Below are positions 1-10,174 of a DNA stretch of 32,000 nucleotides, one piece after another; the stretch's first letter is position 1; the number at the start of each line of letters is the position of its first letter. A model generated the notes under the pieces. The model did no database searches. It had not been told where the DNA came from and saw nothing but the letters and a program-made list of their open reading frames with translations. This DNA comes from Chlamydiales bacterium (lineage in GTDB: Bacteria; Chlamydiota; Chlamydiia; Chlamydiales; JAAKFR01): positions 1,260,001-1,292,000 of the forward strand of contig JAWLBH010000001.1 of NCBI GenBank assembly GCA_041395025.1, written 5' to 3'. The position numbers were made by a program, and so were the translations under genes.

Positions 1-134
1 ACTATTAGAGAGTCTTCAACTCTTTGATCTATAAGCAAGATATCTCCTTTTCGCAAAGCGAGATAATTTTCAATAGGCATTTCACATTTTCCAATGATCA
101 CAAGCAGATCGATCAACAGCTCTTCAATCTTCAT
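1..134 (-). CDS. Edge-truncated CDS (first 44 codons only): SpoA/FliN-like domain protein (type III secretion SctQ / flagellar switch FliN family)
   Basis: Missing from the ORF track because it runs off the window. The reverse complement of 1-134 reads ATG(134..132) MKIEELLIDLLVIIGKCEMPIENYLALRKGDILLIDQRVEDSLI... An in-frame TAA six codons upstream leaves this ATG as the only possible start. The alternating hydrophobic strand, a Gly, then L.L..GD.L.ID resembles the SpoA (FliN/YscQ C-terminal) signature as I remember it. No Shine-Dalgarno is visible and only 44 aa can be seen. Confidence 0.35.
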   Translation of the reverse strand, partial: MKIEELLIDLLVIIGKCEMPIENYLALRKGDILLIDQRVEDSLI

Positions 135-373
135 AAAATTTACTATATTTTAGCTGATCTAAAAAGTCTATTGTGATTAAAAATTTTTATAAATATCTTA
201 CTCAGATTTTATGGGTATGAATTGAGTCTTTACTTTTTACTAGGAATAGAGTTAGGTAGCAAGAAGAGGTTAAAAAGGATAGAATGGTTATTTAGAAAAA
301 TGGTCTCTAGACTTAAAGATCAAAAAACAGCATGATTCTAAAGTTTTAAAGCCCCCAATCAATATCTGTAATT

Positions 374-3300
374 ATGTTTAAAGAGATCGCAAATGAAACA
401 TTTGCTTCAAGAGAAGAGCGTATTCTAGAATTTTGGAAAAAAGGAGCTATCTTTGAAAAGTCTCTTGAAAAATCTAAAAAAGGGCCTTTTTTTTCATTTT
501 ATGACGGTCCACCATTTGCTACAGGGTTACCTCACTATGGCCATATTCTTGCAGGAACCATTAAAGATGTGATTCCTCGTTATAAAACCATGAAGGGCTA
601 TTATGTCCCTCGTCGTTTTGGGTGGGATTGTCATGGATTGCCTGTAGAAAATGAAATTGAAAAAATGTTCTGTCTATCAGGAGCTCCTTCGATTGAAAAA
701 TTTGGAATTAATAGATTCAATGAAGAGTGTCGTAAGATTGTTTTACGTTATACTGCAGACTGGGAATCAAAAGTTGAGCGATTTGGGCGTTGGGTAGATT
801 TTTCTAAAACATGGAAGACAATGGATCCTCCATTCATGGAGAGTGTTTGGTGGGTATTTAAAGAAGCTTACCAAAAAGGTTTGATTTATGAAGGTTTTAA
901 GGTCATGCCTTTTTCAGCTAAGCTTGGTACACCTATATCAAATTTTGAAGCAACTGATAACTATAAAGAAGTAGATGACCCTTCTATTGTTGTTACTTTG
1001 CCACTGATTGATGATCCTAAAACTGCTCTTCTGGTATGGACAACAACTCCATGGACACTAATCTCAAACATGGCTGCTACTGTATCTGAAGATAGTGAAT
1101 ATGTAAAAGTCGTTCATGAAGAAAAATTCTATATCGTTGCTAAAAAAGCTGTCGATAGATGGTTTAAGAATATCAAAATTATTGCCTCTTTTAAGGGAAA
1201 AGAATTAGTCAATCAGCGTTATCAACCCCTTTTTCCCTATTTTTCTCATTTAAAAACAGCATTTCATGTGATTGCGGATGATTTTGTTTCTATGGAAGAA
1301 GGAACAGGGATTGTCCATACAGCTCCTGCTTTTGGAGAAGTTGATTTCTATGCTTGTAAGAAAGCAAATATTCCCTTTGTTTGTCCAGTTGACAATAATG
1401 GCTGTTTTACTGATGAAATTCCTCCTTATCAGGGCTTGTTTGTTAAAGCAGCAGATCATAAAATCATTCATGCTTTGAAAGCATCTGGACGTCTTTTTTA
1501 TCGTGGTACAATTCGTCACCGTTATCCTTTTTGTTGGCGATCTGATACTCCGCTTATCTATAAAGCGATTACTACTTGGTTTCTTAATGTTGAGAAAATT
1601 AAAAATCAATTACTTACTGCAAATAAAAGCACCCATTGGGTACCAAATCACCTCCAAGAAGGAAGATTTCAACATTGGCTTGAAGGAGCACGTGACTGGG
1701 CTATTAGTCGCAATCGCTACTGGGGAACTCCAATTCCAATTTGGAGAAGTGAAGATGGAGAGATTCATGTAATTGGTAGTATTTCTGAACTTGAAAAATT
1801 GACTGGGGAAAAAGTTCATGATCTTCATCGTCACTATATTGATGGATTGACTTTTGAGAAAAATGGTAAAATTTTTAAGCGAATTTTTGAAGTATTTGAT
1901 TGTTGGTTTGAATCAGGGTCAATGCCTTATGCTCAGAATCATTATCCATTTGATAATAAGAGAGAGACAGAAACAGCATTTCCTGCAGATTTTATTGCTG
2001 AAGGAGTGGATCAAACACGTGCCTGGTTTTATACTCTACTTGTTATCGGAGTCGCTCTTTTTGATACCTCACCTTACAAGAATGTCATTGCAAATGGTAT
2101 TTTGCTTGCTGAAGATGGCAATAAAATGTCTAAACGTCTTAAAAATTATCCTGAACCCGATTTAGTTATTCATAAATATGGAGCTGATGCGGTTCGTCTC
2201 TATTTACTTAATAGTCCTGCAGTGAAAGCAGATGATTTACGTTTTTCTGAAAGAGGAGTTGAGGTTGTTTTAAGACAAGTGCTGATTCCTCTGTGGCATG
2301 CACATGCTTTTTTTATCACCTATGCTAAGATTTATGCATGGTCTCCTAATATTAGTGGTTTTAAACCAGAAATGATCATTGATCAGTGGATTATTGCACA
2401 GCTTAACAAACTCATTTTTGATGTGCAGTATGGAATGGATCTTTATGATTTGAGTTTAGCTGTTGAGCCTTTTGTTCATTTTATTCATCTTTTAACCAAT
2501 TGGTATATTCGTCGTAGTCGCCGTCGTTTTTGGTCTGATGAAAAAAAATCTGATCAAAATCAAGCGTTCCATACTTTGTATTGTGTTTTAGTTGAATTAT
2601 GTAAAATTGCAGCACCTTTTATTCCTTTTTTGAGTGAAGCTATATATAGAAATATTCGTACTGATAGTATGCCAGATTCAGTCCACTTATGTGACTATCC
2701 CAATTATGATTGTGAGGCTAGAAAACCTGAGTTAGAAGCCGGAATGGATATTCTTCAGACAGTAGTAAGTTTAGGACATTCTTTAAGGAAAGAACATAAA
2801 TTGAAAGTACGTCAACCTCTTCTATCTGCTCATGTTGTATGTAATCAAGAGAAACTACTGCAATTTCTTCAAAGAGAGGAGTATTTGATTACTGAAGAGC
2901 TTAATGTAAAAAAAGTTTATTTCTATAGGGAAAATCAAGATTTCATCAGACTTTCTGTTAAACCAAATTTCCGTGTTCTTGGAAAAAAAATTGGAAAACA
3001 TATGAAAGCAGCTCAGCTTTTAATTCAAAAACTTGAACAAGAAAAAATCCATGCTCTTTTAAATGGGGAAGCTATCAACTTTACATTTGGTGATGAATCT
3101 TTTTTAATTACAGCTGAAGATGTGGAAATTGTTCAAGAGGTGCGTCAAGGATGGGTCGCCATGAATTCGGGGAATGTCACGATAGTACTTGATATTGGGC
3201 TTACCCAAGAATTAATCCTCGAAGGAATCGCTCGTGAATTGATTAATAAAATCAATACAATGCGACGCGAGGCAAATTTTGCTGTAACCGATCGTATTTG

Positions 3301-3475
3301 TGTTCGAATGAAGTCTTCAGAAAAAATCCAACAAGCTCTTGTTATTCACAAAAATCATATTTGTAGTGAAGTATTGGCTATTGAAATGACTTGTGATAGT
3401 TGTCTCGACGGCACTCATTGGGACATTAATGGAGAATCTACTGAAATTTCTATCAAAAGAGCATCAAGCTCTTGA
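374..3475 (+). CDS. ileS: Isoleucyl-tRNA synthetase, type 2 (eukaryote-like) form
   Basis: 1033-aa ORF. It has the class I HIGH motif (GLPHYGH), the KMSKS motif in the form KMSKRLKNYPEP, a WAISRNRYWGTPIP box, and an editing-domain-sized insertion. The length and the KMSKRLKNYP variant are typical of type 2 IleRS. Confidence 0.97.
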   Translation: MFKEIANETFASREERILEFWKKGAIFEKSLEKSKKGPFFSFYDGPPFATGLPHYGHILAGTIKDVIPRYKTMKGYYVPRRFGWDCHGLPVENEIEKMFCLSGAPSIEKFGINRFNEECRKIVLRYTADWESKVERFGRWVDFSKTWKTMDPPFMESVWWVFKEAYQKGLIYEGFKVMPFSAKLGTPISNFEATDNYKEVDDPSIVVTLPLIDDPKTALLVWTTTPWTLISNMAATVSEDSEYVKVVHEEKFYIVAKKAVDRWFKNIKIIASFKGKELVNQRYQPLFPYFSHLKTAFHVIADDFVSMEEGTGIVHTAPAFGEVDFYACKKANIPFVCPVDNNGCFTDEIPPYQGLFVKAADHKIIHALKASGRLFYRGTIRHRYPFCWRSDTPLIYKAITTWFLNVEKIKNQLLTANKSTHWVPNHLQEGRFQHWLEGARDWAISRNRYWGTPIPIWRSEDGEIHVIGSISELEKLTGEKVHDLHRHYIDGLTFEKNGKIFKRIFEVFDCWFESGSMPYAQNHYPFDNKRETETAFPADFIAEGVDQTRAWFYTLLVIGVALFDTSPYKNVIANGILLAEDGNKMSKRLKNYPEPDLVIHKYGADAVRLYLLNSPAVKADDLRFSERGVEVVLRQVLIPLWHAHAFFITYAKIYAWSPNISGFKPEMIIDQWIIAQLNKLIFDVQYGMDLYDLSLAVEPFVHFIHLLTNWYIRRSRRRFWSDEKKSDQNQAFHTLYCVLVELCKIAAPFIPFLSEAIYRNIRTDSMPDSVHLCDYPNYDCEARKPELEAGMDILQTVVSLGHSLRKEHKLKVRQPLLSAHVVCNQEKLLQFLQREEYLITEELNVKKVYFYRENQDFIRLSVKPNFRVLGKKIGKHMKAAQLLIQKLEQEKIHALLNGEAINFTFGDESFLITAEDVEIVQEVRQGWVAMNSGNVTIVLDIGLTQELILEGIARELINKINTMRREANFAVTDRICVRMKSSEKIQQALVIHKNHICSEVLAIEMTCDSCLDGTHWDINGESTEISIKRASSS

Positions 3476-3522
3476 AAATGAGATTTCTATATTTTGATCG
3501 ATAATTTATAATAATTAAAAAT

Positions 3523-5439
3523 TCAATCTTTTTTATCAAACAAAGATCTTTTATTTGTTTTTCTTATGTAAAAGATGTAGTAGAAAGAACCAATAATAAT
3601 AAAAAATAAGATAACCATTTTGGGGATAGTAAATAAATCGTAATAAGGTTGTGGAAGTAAACCAATACGTTTTCCAGGTGGCCAAAATGTAAATAGTGGA
3701 GCTCCTCTTAATTTTTCAGTAGGAACAAATCCAAAATCACGGCTATCTGCGCTCATTGCATAGTTATCTCCTAGTGCTAGTAAATGATGATCAGGTATTT
3801 TTAAACCAAATGTTTCAATAAATTTTCTGTCAATCACTCCATCTTTTATTGGCGGACCACGATCAATGAATGCAATGTAAGGAGATTCACATAGTGAGGC
3901 TTCTTCTTTTTCTTGTTCGCTGGTTACAAAACGCATCAAGACAGGATCATGTTTTTTAAAGACGGGCATCCCCATTAAATAGAGATCACCATCTCGATAA
4001 AAAGCAAATCTTTGTGGATTATAAGGTTGTTGTGAAGCTACTGGTTCAAAAATCATATTAAATCCAATGCCTAGGTTAAAAAGCTTTCGTATAGTATCAG
4101 GATCTTGATTATATAAAGGGTGGTTAGAAGGAAGAGCTGTTCGAATTCCTCCTTTATGAATTTTGTAGCCTAATCCATAATAAAATTCGTAAAGACCGTC
4201 TGGCACATTCGGAAATTTAGGATCAAATTCAAGAGGTTGTCGAATGTTTTTTTGTTCATGGTAACGATAAGCATGACCGCTTTTAACATAAAAACGTGCT
4301 GTGAACAAAGCTTTTTGAATAGCATCAAGATGAGTTTGGTATAAAGGAATTAAAGCTGTCATAGGAGTAACCATTGGATGGATGCGTCCCAATTCATCTT
4401 GTCTCATTTCAGGTTTAGGGTAGGCGAAGTTAGGTGTATGCTTAAGCTCTAAATAAAGGATTGTTTCCGGATCATGGGAAAATTGTTCATAAAATGCTTT
4501 TGCTTGTTCTTTAGTCAAAAGACGAGCCATGGCATAATTACGAATGCCCCACATTTCACTATAGCTGACAGGTGTATCATGAGGAGAAGTTAATGCTTCG
4601 GGTCTATCTAAAACCCATTTTTTTCCATCATAAAAATACCCTTCAATTTTCCCTGTTGGTTTGAGTGACATTTTTCCAATAGATTGATTCATTTGTTTAA
4701 TTTCAACAGATTCATAGATATTAGGATAAATTGGTTGACTCACAGACATTTTTCCATCAAAAGTAATATAGGGGAGATGATCGATCAAATCGATGCCATA
4801 TCTCTTTAAAAATAGAGGATCTGATAATTCAGTAATTGGCTCACCATTTTTATCAATTCCATAAAGATATCCTCCATAAAAATATACTGTATCCCCAGGT
4901 TTGCTCATAGCGCGCTTCACATATCTTTTTTTCCCCGGAAAGAGGTAAAAATAGCGCATGTTGCTATCAGGAAGATTCATACCAGCAACAGTAAAAACGA
5001 TGATTCCAGCTCTTTTGATGAGATCATTAGAGTAAAAAAGTGAGCGTTGTAAGAATGGAATTTTCAATCCAAATGTAGTTTTTGAAACAATCATCCGATC
5101 TAGTTCTTCAATAGTTGGACGCATCGATCCAGTAGGGACTTCATACAACTCAAACCAAAATTGACGAATTAAAAAAGCGACGATAATTGCAAAGCCAAGA
5201 GCAGCTACGATTTCTTTGATTTTTTCGAATAAAGATTTAGGAAAATGGATTTTAATGAACTTTGTTATTTGTAATGCAAGTTTATTTGCTTCTTTTCTTT
5301 TCTTATTTAAGATAGCCGAATCTAGAGCACGTAGATCCTTTTCAAATGCAGAGTATTCCTGTGTAGTAAGAGAATGGCCTTTTTTTTTAAAAAGACAAAA
5401 TCCATTACATAAAATTCGACGACATTTTCGTAAAAACAT
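3523..5439 (-). CDS. lepB: Signal peptidase I, long chlamydial-type form
   Basis: 638-aa ORF. It carries the catalytic Ser box (PTGSMRPT) after a TM segment (IVAALGFAIIVAFLI), the GDNYAMSADSRDFGFVP box near the C-terminus, and a C-terminal hydrophobic anchor (MVILFFIIIGSFYYIFYI). A large insertion lies between the boxes, as in the roughly 630-aa C. trachomatis LepB (from memory). It is convergent with ileS. Confidence 0.9.
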   Translation of the reverse strand: MFLRKCRRILCNGFCLFKKKGHSLTTQEYSAFEKDLRALDSAILNKKRKEANKLALQITKFIKIHFPKSLFEKIKEIVAALGFAIIVAFLIRQFWFELYEVPTGSMRPTIEELDRMIVSKTTFGLKIPFLQRSLFYSNDLIKRAGIIVFTVAGMNLPDSNMRYFYLFPGKKRYVKRAMSKPGDTVYFYGGYLYGIDKNGEPITELSDPLFLKRYGIDLIDHLPYITFDGKMSVSQPIYPNIYESVEIKQMNQSIGKMSLKPTGKIEGYFYDGKKWVLDRPEALTSPHDTPVSYSEMWGIRNYAMARLLTKEQAKAFYEQFSHDPETILYLELKHTPNFAYPKPEMRQDELGRIHPMVTPMTALIPLYQTHLDAIQKALFTARFYVKSGHAYRYHEQKNIRQPLEFDPKFPNVPDGLYEFYYGLGYKIHKGGIRTALPSNHPLYNQDPDTIRKLFNLGIGFNMIFEPVASQQPYNPQRFAFYRDGDLYLMGMPVFKKHDPVLMRFVTSEQEKEEASLCESPYIAFIDRGPPIKDGVIDRKFIETFGLKIPDHHLLALGDNYAMSADSRDFGFVPTEKLRGAPLFTFWPPGKRIGLLPQPYYDLFTIPKMVILFFIIIGSFYYIFYIRKTNKRSLFDKKD

Positions 5440-5748
5440 AAAATGATAATTGATAGTGTGAGCTGTGAAGTGATTTCATATCCTAAATTTTTACTAGGAT
5501 AGCTTGATTCGAGCTCGCTTTACAAAATCAAACAAAAATAAATTCTAATCTATCATTCGATTGGAAACAATATCAAAAATCAATGTAAATTTCTTTTTTT
5601 TTCTGTGAATGAGAATGTGGAAAAACTGTTGATATCTTGTTAACAAAAGTATTTTTTCTATATTTTCTTATTATAAGTGTTTAAAATATTAAAAGTTAAA
5701 AAAAATAGAATGTAGACAAATTTGTTCACAAGTGATTTTTGAAAAATT

Positions 5749-6525
5749 CTAAGAGAGAGAATAGTTCTTCTCTATGTTGAGAAATGAGAAGATATGAGCT
5801 TCAGAAGGTATATTTTTAGGGGATTTTGCTGATTTACCAGAATCAACTACACGTAATCTCATAGAACCAACCTTTCCCTCGATTCCTATCCAATAGGGGA
5901 AATAAGTAGGATAATCAGGAACAGTATTTGTATCAATATCCTCTGGTAAATAAATTTCAATACATTTATTGGCAAGGTGAGTACCGTCAGAAGGCCAATA
6001 GGCATGCCAAGCAGTGAATGGAATACAAATGCGCTGACCTTCAATGGTTAAAAAGGGATGCCAAATTGAACTATAATTGGACTTATTATGAGATGAAGAA
6101 GAGCCAATTCGGCGACGATTTTCCTCAGGAATTAAATTAAAAGGTAGATTCAAAAGTGTAGTTAGAAAGGAGTTAGAATCCGAAATTTGTATCCAGCTAT
6201 TATGATTAAAAGAAAAAATGCCTTCAAATTGCCCATTATCGAGATTAACATAAGAAATTGTCCAAGAAGTATGTCCTGGAGCGCCATTTTCAAACCATAC
6301 TTTCCAGTTAAATTTATAGATATCACGTCTGGCAGGAATTGTAACTTCTTCAATTAAAATCGTTCGATCAAATTTCTCACGGATGTAAAAAAGAGTGAAA
6401 TTTTTATTTTGTTCAGTGACTATATAACTACCTATATCAGCTTCAACAAGTTTGTTTTTTAAAAAAATTTCACCTGAGAGGAAATTGCCCCCTAAAAAAT
6501 AAAGAATCAATAACCATTTTCTCAT
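5749..6525 (-). CDS. Hypothetical exported protein (N-terminal signal peptide)
   Basis: 258-aa ORF with a GAGGG Shine-Dalgarno 5 nt upstream of the ATG. The N-terminus [19 protein letters not shown] looks like a Sec signal peptide. The protein is Trp/aromatic-rich with no motif I recognise. It occupies the same position (between lepB and rpmE) as hypothetical CT021 in C. trachomatis (from memory; homology not verified). Confidence 0.75.
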   Translation of the reverse strand: MRKWLLILYFLGGNFLSGEIFLKNKLVEADIGSYIVTEQNKNFTLFYIREKFDRTILIEEVTIPARRDIYKFNWKVWFENGAPGHTSWTISYVNLDNGQFEGIFSFNHNSWIQISDSNSFLTTLLNLPFNLIPEENRRRIGSSSSHNKSNYSSIWHPFLTIEGQRICIPFTAWHAYWPSDGTHLANKCIEIYLPEDIDTNTVPDYPTYFPYWIGIEGKVGSMRLRVVDSGKSAKSPKNIPSEAHIFSFLNIEKNYSLS

Positions 6526-6615
6526 TTTACCCTCACAAATCTACGATTTCGCTTGTCTTTTTTCAATTTACAGAGTAAGTTTAGCTCCTTCAATGACTAT
6601 TTTTGGAGCTCATGC

Positions 6616-6948
6616 ATGAAAAAAGACATCCATCCAGATTATCAAGATATCCTTTTTATTGATACCTCAACAGGAACTAAGTTCATTTGTGGTTCTACTC
6701 TTCAACCTAAAGAAAGAGAGATCTTTGAAGGAAAAGAATATCCGCTTTATCACATTACGGTTTCTTCTGCTTCTCATCCATTCTTTACTGGTAGCAAACA
6801 ATTTATTGATACAGAAGGGCGTGTGGATAAGTTTTTGAAGCGTTATTCAAAAAAACAAGAGTTAGGACAAAAACAAGCAGCAGAACAAGAGGAGAAAAAG
6901 AAAAAAGCCTCTGAAAAAAAACCTGTTAAAAAGAAAAAAAAGAAGTAG
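6616..6948 (+). CDS. rpmE: 50S ribosomal protein L31, type B (non-zinc), with Lys-rich C-terminal tail
   Basis: MKKDIHPDY...[10 protein letters not shown]...[10 protein letters not shown] is the L31 signature, and the CxxC zinc pairs are absent, which makes it type B. I prefer the ATG at 6616 (GGAG at 6605-6608) over the track start at 6553, which would add 21 non-conserved residues. The tail is [19 protein letters not shown]. Confidence 0.9.
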   Translation: MKKDIHPDYQDILFIDTSTGTKFICGSTLQPKEREIFEGKEYPLYHITVSSASHPFFTGSKQFIDTEGRVDKFLKRYSKKQELGQKQAAEQEEKKKKASEKKPVKKKKKK

Positions 6949-6954
6949 TTTTCC

Positions 6955-8019
6955 TTGGAGAAAAAAATTTCTGAAAGTTTAGAACGTTTATCTAAGATAG
7001 AAGATAAGCTGTCGGATCCTGAAGTTTTTAACAATTCTAAAATTTATCGTGAACTCACTCAAGAGTATTCCTATCTCTTAAATATTAAAAATACTGTTGA
7101 TGAGATTGCTACATTAACGAAAACTCTAGAGGAAAATAGAGAGTTCTATGATCTTGAACAAGACGAAGAGATGCGCACTCTTTTAAAAGAGGAGATTCAG
7201 CAATTTGAAATTCGCATCAATTCTCTGAATATTAAGCTTGAAAATCTTTTAGTTCCTCCTGATCCTGACGATGATCGTAGTATAATACTAGAGTTACGTG
7301 CAGGAACGGGAGGCGATGAGGCAGCGCTTTTTGTAGGAAACTGTGTGAGAATGTATCACTTGTATGCTGAAGATAAAGGATGGCATTATGAATCCTTAGG
7401 ATGTGCTCCATCAGAATTAGGAGGGTATAAGGAATATATTATGGTGATATCGGGTACTAAAACAAAACGATGTCTCCAATATGAAGCTGGTACTCATCGA
7501 GTGCAGCGTGTTCCTGATACAGAATCCCAAGGACGTGTTCATACTTCTGCAATTACTATTGCTGTTATGCTAGAACCAACGAAAGAAGAAGAGTTTAAAA
7601 TAGAAGAGAAAGATCTTCGTATTGATACTTATCGTGCATCTGGGAGTGGTGGACAACATGTGAATACAACTGATTCTGCTGTGCGAATTACTCATCTTCC
7701 AACAGGGATGGTTGCCTATTGCCAAGATGAGCGCAGTCAGCACAAAAATAAAGACAAAGCTCTTCGTTTACTCATTGCAAAACTAGCTGATGCAAAAAAA
7801 CAACAACGTCTCGATGAAGAGAGTTCTTTGCGTGCATCCCAAGTAGGAAGTGGGGATCGTTCTGAGAGAATTCGTACTTATAATTTTCCTCAAAATCGTG
7901 TCACTGATCATCGTATCAATCTTACACTCTATAATCTAGATAGAGTCATGGAAGGAGAACTGGATATGCTGACTATACCGCTTATCAAGTACTATTATCA
8001 TCAAAGGCTTTTATCTTGA
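6955..8019 (+). CDS. prfA: Peptide chain release factor 1
   Basis: 354 aa with a TTG start. It has the GGQ motif ([19 protein letters not shown]), the RF1-type PxT tripeptide region ([15 protein letters not shown]), and the N-terminal coiled region typical of class I RFs. Confidence 0.95.
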   Translation: MEKKISESLERLSKIEDKLSDPEVFNNSKIYRELTQEYSYLLNIKNTVDEIATLTKTLEENREFYDLEQDEEMRTLLKEEIQQFEIRINSLNIKLENLLVPPDPDDDRSIILELRAGTGGDEAALFVGNCVRMYHLYAEDKGWHYESLGCAPSELGGYKEYIMVISGTKTKRCLQYEAGTHRVQRVPDTESQGRVHTSAITIAVMLEPTKEEEFKIEEKDLRIDTYRASGSGGQHVNTTDSAVRITHLPTGMVAYCQDERSQHKNKDKALRLLIAKLADAKKQQRLDEESSLRASQVGSGDRSERIRTYNFPQNRVTDHRINLTLYNLDRVMEGELDMLTIPLIKYYYHQRLLS

Positions 8020-8828
8020 AGACGCTTCTTGAGGTCATTCAATATGCAGAGTTTTTTTTAAGACATAGAGGAATAGATAATTCTCGTCGAGAAGCTGAAT
8101 ATCTTCTGGCAGATCTTTTAGGATTACCACTGATTGATCTTTATTTAGAATTTGAAAATCCTATTCGGGAAATTGAAATCAAAAAAATCTTGAGTGCTGT
8201 TATTCGCCGAGGGAATCATGAACCATCTGCTTATATCCTTGGTAAGGTCTCTTTTTGTGACATTACGATTAAAGTCAATTCTAATGTACTTATTCCACGT
8301 CAGGAAACGGAAATTTTAGTAAATAAAATTATTGAAAAACTTAAAAAATACGATCTTACAGGGAAGACTTTATGGGATATGTGCTGCGGATCGGGTTGTA
8401 TTGGCCACGCTTTAAAAAAGAAGTTTCCTCTTTTAAATGTTGTTTTATCCGATCTATCTGAAAAGGCTCTTGATGTTGCACGTCAAAACGGAGGGGATGT
8501 CTCCTTTAGACAGGGAAACTTATTTGATCCCTTTAGAGGAGAGGTGTGTGATTTTTTTGTATGTAATCCTCCATATGTTGATGAACATGAATATGAAGAG
8601 CTATCACTAGAGGTAAAAACTGAACCTAAGATGGCTCTTGTTGGAGGATTATCTTTTTATAAAGCGATTTCTAGATCTCTTTTTGATTTCCTTAAGCCAG
8701 GTGGAATGGCATGGTTAGAAATAGGAACTGGTCAAGGAGATAGCGTTAAAAAACTATTTAATAATCAAGGAAAGGTTGAAAATGATTGGGCAGGACATAA
8801 CCGTTTCTTTTCCCTTGAAAGAGATTAA
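8016..8828 (+). CDS. prmC: Release factor glutamine N5-methyltransferase (HemK/PrmC)
   Basis: 270 aa. It has the NPPY catalytic motif (FVCNPPYV) and a SAM-binding motif ([10 protein letters not shown]). A 4-nt overlap (TTGA) with prfA matches the classical prfA-prmC coupling. Confidence 0.9.
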   Translation: MKTLLEVIQYAEFFLRHRGIDNSRREAEYLLADLLGLPLIDLYLEFENPIREIEIKKILSAVIRRGNHEPSAYILGKVSFCDITIKVNSNVLIPRQETEILVNKIIEKLKKYDLTGKTLWDMCCGSGCIGHALKKKFPLLNVVLSDLSEKALDVARQNGGDVSFRQGNLFDPFRGEVCDFFVCNPPYVDEHEYEELSLEVKTEPKMALVGGLSFYKAISRSLFDFLKPGGMAWLEIGTGQGDSVKKLFNNQGKVENDWAGHNRFFSLERD

Positions 8829-8851
8829 TTTGCTCATGTATGCTTATTTTC

Positions 8852-10174
8852 ATGTTTGGATCTTTAACTGATAAATTCACCGGTATTTTTTCAAAACTTG
8901 TGGGTCAGAAACGACTCAATGAGGAAAATTTATCTAATGCGGTAAGAGAAGTCCGTTTAGCACTTTTAGAGGCTGATGTAAACTATAGTGTTGCTAAAAA
9001 CTTTGTGAAACGCATTAAAGAGAAAGTCATTGGTGAAGAGGTGATTAAATCGGTTTCACCCGGCCAGCAGTTTGTTAAATTGATTCATGATGAACTTGTT
9101 TTACTTATGGGTGGCGGAGAAGCTTCTTTAGCATTTGATTCAAAACTAACTGTTTTAATGCTTTGTGGTCTTCAGGGAACAGGTAAAACCACACATGCTG
9201 CTAAACTAGCTTTCCTATTTTCAAAGCCAGAGTATAAAAAGAAACCTCTTCTTGTTGCCTGTGATTTACAACGCCCAGCAGCTATTGAGCAGATTCAGAT
9301 TCTTGGTAGTGAAATTGGTGTTCCTGTTTTTTCAATTGAGGGAGAAAAAAACCCTGTTGTAGTCGCTAAAAAGGCTCTTGTTATGGCAAGAGAACAAGGA
9401 TATGATTGTCTGATTATTGACACAGCTGGACGGCTCCATATTGATAGCTCGTTAATGAAAGAGCTTAAAGAGATCAAAACAGCAGTCAATCCACATGAAG
9501 TTTTGTTTATTGCAAATGCAGCTACAGGTCAAGATGCTGTAGATCATGCTGATGTTTTTAATAAGGAATTATCTATCACTGGGACTATTCTGACAATGTT
9601 AGATGGAGATGCCCGTGCAGGTGCAGCTATTTCTATTCAAGCAATCACAGGTAAACCTTTAAAATTCGAAGGGATTGGAGAAAAGCTCGAGGATATTCAG
9701 CTTTTCAATGCTAAATCAATGGCTGATAGGATCCTTGGTATGGGGGACACAATTAATTTCGTAAAAAAAGCAAAAGAGCATATTTCTGATAGGGAAGCAG
9801 AGGAATTAGAAAAGAAAATGCGTAAGGCTAGTTTTACCTATGAAGATTATCTTAAGCAGATACAGTCGGTTAAGAAGATGGGTTCGTTAAAAGGATTACT
9901 TAAAATGATGCCTCGCTTGCCTTTTTCTGATTTTGAACAATCAGAAAAAGAGTTTTTTAAAATTGAAGCTATCATCTTTTCAATGACAATTCGTGAGCGT
10001 CAAGAAAAAGATCAATTAACTATGAGTCGTATGAAGCGTATTGCAAAAGGAAGTGCATCAACAATTCAAGAAATTAATAAGCTCAAAAAGAGTTTTAAGA
10101 GGTCAAAGCAATTATTCAAAAGTACCTCAAATAAGAAGATGTTAGAAAAAATAGGAGGTATGCAATGGCATTAA
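8852..10174 (+). CDS. ffh: Signal recognition particle protein Ffh (SRP54)
   Basis: MFGSLTDKF... is the canonical Ffh N-terminus, so I prefer the ATG at 8852 to the track start at 8840. GTPase motifs are GLQGTGKTT, DTAGR and LDGDARAGAA. The C-terminal M domain reads MGSLKGLLKMMP. Confidence 0.95.
   Translation: MFGSLTDKFTGIFSKLVGQKRLNEENLSNAVREVRLALLEADVNYSVAKNFVKRIKEKVIGEEVIKSVSPGQQFVKLIHDELVLLMGGGEASLAFDSKLTVLMLCGLQGTGKTTHAAKLAFLFSKPEYKKKPLLVACDLQRPAAIEQIQILGSEIGVPVFSIEGEKNPVVVAKKALVMAREQGYDCLIIDTAGRLHIDSSLMKELKEIKTAVNPHEVLFIANAATGQDAVDHADVFNKELSITGTILTMLDGDARAGAAISIQAITGKPLKFEGIGEKLEDIQLFNAKSMADRILGMGDTINFVKKAKEHISDREAEELEKKMRKASFTYEDYLKQIQSVKKMGSLKGLLKMMPRLPFSDFEQSEKEFFKIEAIIFSMTIRERQEKDQLTMSRMKRIAKGSASTIQEINKLKKSFKRSKQLFKSTSNKKMLEKIGGMQWH

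Noticed and set aside
135-373. T-box or attenuator leaders upstream of the aminoacyl-tRNA synthetase genes (ileS 135-373, metG, tyrS 27150-27232)
   Set aside because: I could not find a specifier-loop/T-box consensus or a terminator-antiterminator pair. metG is only 8 nt from the preceding ORF, and the tyrS upstream region has only a small 6-bp hairpin (atacga-tgatt-tcgtat).
1250-2165. Several 68-119-aa ORFs on both strands within ileS
   Set aside because: They are nested in, or antisense to, the uninterrupted 1033-aa IleRS frame and show no independent coding signal.
5711-5730. Imperfect 20-bp palindrome tgtagacaaatttgttcaca (perfect 10-bp core acaaatttgt) just 3' of the secreted-protein gene
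   Set aside because: It has no loop for an RNA hairpin, sits about 270 bp from the lepB start, and is short and AT-rich enough to be chance.
6553-6615. ORF-track N-terminal extensions of L31 (6553), Ffh (8840), GroES (22346), Nif3 (25865), MetRS (14137) and RecD2 (18029)
   Set aside because: The extensions add non-conserved residues ahead of canonical N-termini, use TTG starts, or overlap neighbouring genes. Downstream ATGs with better SD sequences fit the family N-termini.
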